Source of the DNA: Ginglymostoma cirratum
Lineage: Eukaryota
Direction of reading: 5' to 3'
Assembly (NCBI GenBank): GCA_024137785.1
Contig: JAHRHZ010000026.1
Coordinates: 10,346,857 to 10,410,856 of the forward strand
Length of the DNA stretch: 64,000 bases
A model generated the notes under the pieces. It ran no database searches, was not told the origin of the DNA, and saw nothing but the letters and a program-made list of their open reading frames with translations. Positions 62,107 through 64,000 of the stretch are shown in pieces. The position numbers and the translations under genes were made by a program. Within the stretch, counting starts at the first letter, position 1; each line of letters opens with the position of its first letter.

Positions 62107-62655
62107 CATGTTACTGAAATATAGTGAAAAGCTTTGTTTACGAGCAGTATAGGCAGATCACAGCAAGCAAAAGATGTACAGATCAAAAAGGCATAGAGGT
62201 TACATTATTTGAGGCTAGAGTCCATTCAACAGTCTGATAATGGCCAGACAGAAGCTGCTCCTGAACCTGCTTATCTGTGTGTTTAGGCTTCTGTGTCTTC
62301 TGCTTGATGGAAGAGGTTGTAGGAGGTCATCACTGTGTGCGGTTGGTCTTTGATGATGTTTGCAGCCTTTCTGTACCAACAAGCCATGTGAATGGAGTCC
62401 ATGGATGGAAGGTTGGCTTCCGTGATGGTCTGGGCTGTGCACACCACCTTCTGTAGTTTCTTACGGTCCTGGGCAGAGCAGTTGCCACATCAGGCCGTTA
62501 TGCACCTGGACAGTATGCTTTCAATGGTACATCTGTAGAAGTTGGTGAGGGACCTCATGGACATGCCAAATTTCCTGAGCCGCCTGAGGAAGAAGAGGTG
62601 CTGTTGTGCCTTCTTGACCGTCACATTTACATTGGAAATCCAGGACAAGTCACCA
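62062..62655 (-). mobile_element. Rex1/Babar-type LINE 3' end with (CAAT)n tail, next to a tRNA-derived SINE head (~61975-62060)
   Basis: minus frame ITA*YGNCSAQDRKKLQKVVCTAQTIT, typical of Rex1 RT C-terminus; (attg)n at 62062-62105. Confidence 0.75.
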
Positions 62656-63259
62656 GTTATTTATGTGGAAAGTTCAGGAACAGGTTGTTTCGAAAACATC
62701 TTTACACTCATATAGATAGGAGCAGGCTGAAACTATGGTTGTTGACTTACAAGCTAATACAAGGTGTAAATTAATGCTCATGAAGAAAAAGTGTAAGACA
62801 TTATGACTAAGCAGGTATGGGTTCAAGTCCAACCTGCCCCAGAGGTGCATCATAACATGTGCAAATAGGTAGACAGATAACAGCCTTATCTGACACCATC
62901 TGGCTTTCTTATTAATAACACTGGATATGCTTTTTGGTAACAAATATTAACATGTACCAGAAACAACTATCTCTCCCAAATTCTTGCTTAAGCAATCAAT
63001 TGCTTACAAGTCAAAATTGCTTAAAAATGTATGTATAAGCAAAATTGTGATAATGCTCAATATCGAACATGATTATGTTACATTCAATAGTTAGATCCCC
63101 GGCATTCAAACAACACTTTCCACAAACTCAAGGCATCCTTTGCAACATTTTTCAGACAAAAGGTGCAGTTTTGAAGTATTGCTGAAAAATAAACATATTT
63201 TGTCGAAGCTGTTCATCTTACACTCATCACAATTTGAAATAAATATCAATGTGAATGTG

Positions 63260-63753
63260 ATTGCACTGAAGAAGGTGCAAAGGAGAATCATCAAATGTTG
63301 GCTGGGATAGAGCATTTCAACTATGAGGAGAAGCTGGATAAGCTCAGGCTATTTTCTTTGGAATAGAAATGGTTGAGGAGGGACATGATAGAGGCGTAAC
63401 AGATTATGAGGGGCATGGACAAGGTGAATGGAAAGGAGCTGTTCTGTTTAGCTGAAAGGTCAACAATAAGGGGACATCATCTTAAAGTGAAAGAAGGAGG
63501 TTTAGAGAGTATTTGAGAAAACAAAACTTTTCATCCAGCGGGTGGGGGATGCCTGAACTGCACTGCCTGAGAGGATAGTTGAGGCAGAAAACCTCACAAC
63601 TTTAAAAAAAACTTGGATGAGCACATGAAGTGCCATAACATTCAAGGCTGTGGGCCTAGTGCAGGGAAGGGGGACTACTGTAGGTAGTAGTATATTTTTG
63701 ATGCTACAGACTTAACGGGCTGAAGGGTCTCTTCTGTGCTGTATGATTCTATG
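63260..63753 (+). mobile_element. CR1 LINE 3' fragment
   Basis: ALKKVQRR..., YEEKLDKLRLFSLE; tgctgtatgattctatg tail. Confidence 0.8.
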
Positions 63754-64000
63754 AATGTAAATGGAAAGTAACATTTATTCCTAATGAAAGTGCTGAGTGG
63801 CTGGCTAGTGGACTCTGATTGATAAAGAAAAGCTACATGACTTTAAATTAAAACAAAGTTCAACGATTAACTGTCAGTCATTATTAACTGATGCTATCCC
63901 ATGCAAAAGCCTTACTGATCAGAATCAATTTGCAAACCAGTTAGCACTCTCCTGTCACACAGTACATGTTACTTTACCTATATATTGGTATTTCTTGGAA

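Noticed and set aside
63978-64000. AG|gtaaag donor at the window end as a CNKSR1 exon end
   Set aside because: The phase-0 frame ends in TAG and the visible part is too short to assess.

Overview
Vertebrate genomic DNA, almost certainly a shark: it carries HE1-type V-SINEs, SacSINE1-type DeuSINEs, HER1-like CR1 LINEs and many Penelope-like elements (PLEs). The minus strand holds the 3' part of a CNKSR1-like scaffold gene. I reconstructed 16 exons by hand from 60629 down to the stop at 15602. They total 2121 nt (706 aa plus stop) with consistent phases and encode the end of CRIC, PDZ, an acidic linker, PH and the CNK1-type C-terminal region. The last intron appears to be a non-canonical GC-AG intron. 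The SAM/CRIC exons lie beyond the window. A CpG-rich promoter with a candidate first exon near 9.25-9.3 kb probably starts a second, unidentified minus-strand gene. The rest is mostly decayed retroelements, often nested. The most striking theme is a set of PLE-derived elements carrying minimal hammerhead-ribozyme motifs (CUGANGA-stem II-GAAAC-GUH). They occur as a near full-length PLE, short ~100-130 bp insertions with target-site duplications (TSDs), fold-back palindromes, and a young two-repeat retrozyme-like cassette at 48.1-48.7 kb. That cassette lies sense within a CNKSR1 intron but spans a 100-N assembly gap. Exon coordinates were counted by hand; repeat boundaries are approximate; family names come from recalled consensus sequences, not database searches.
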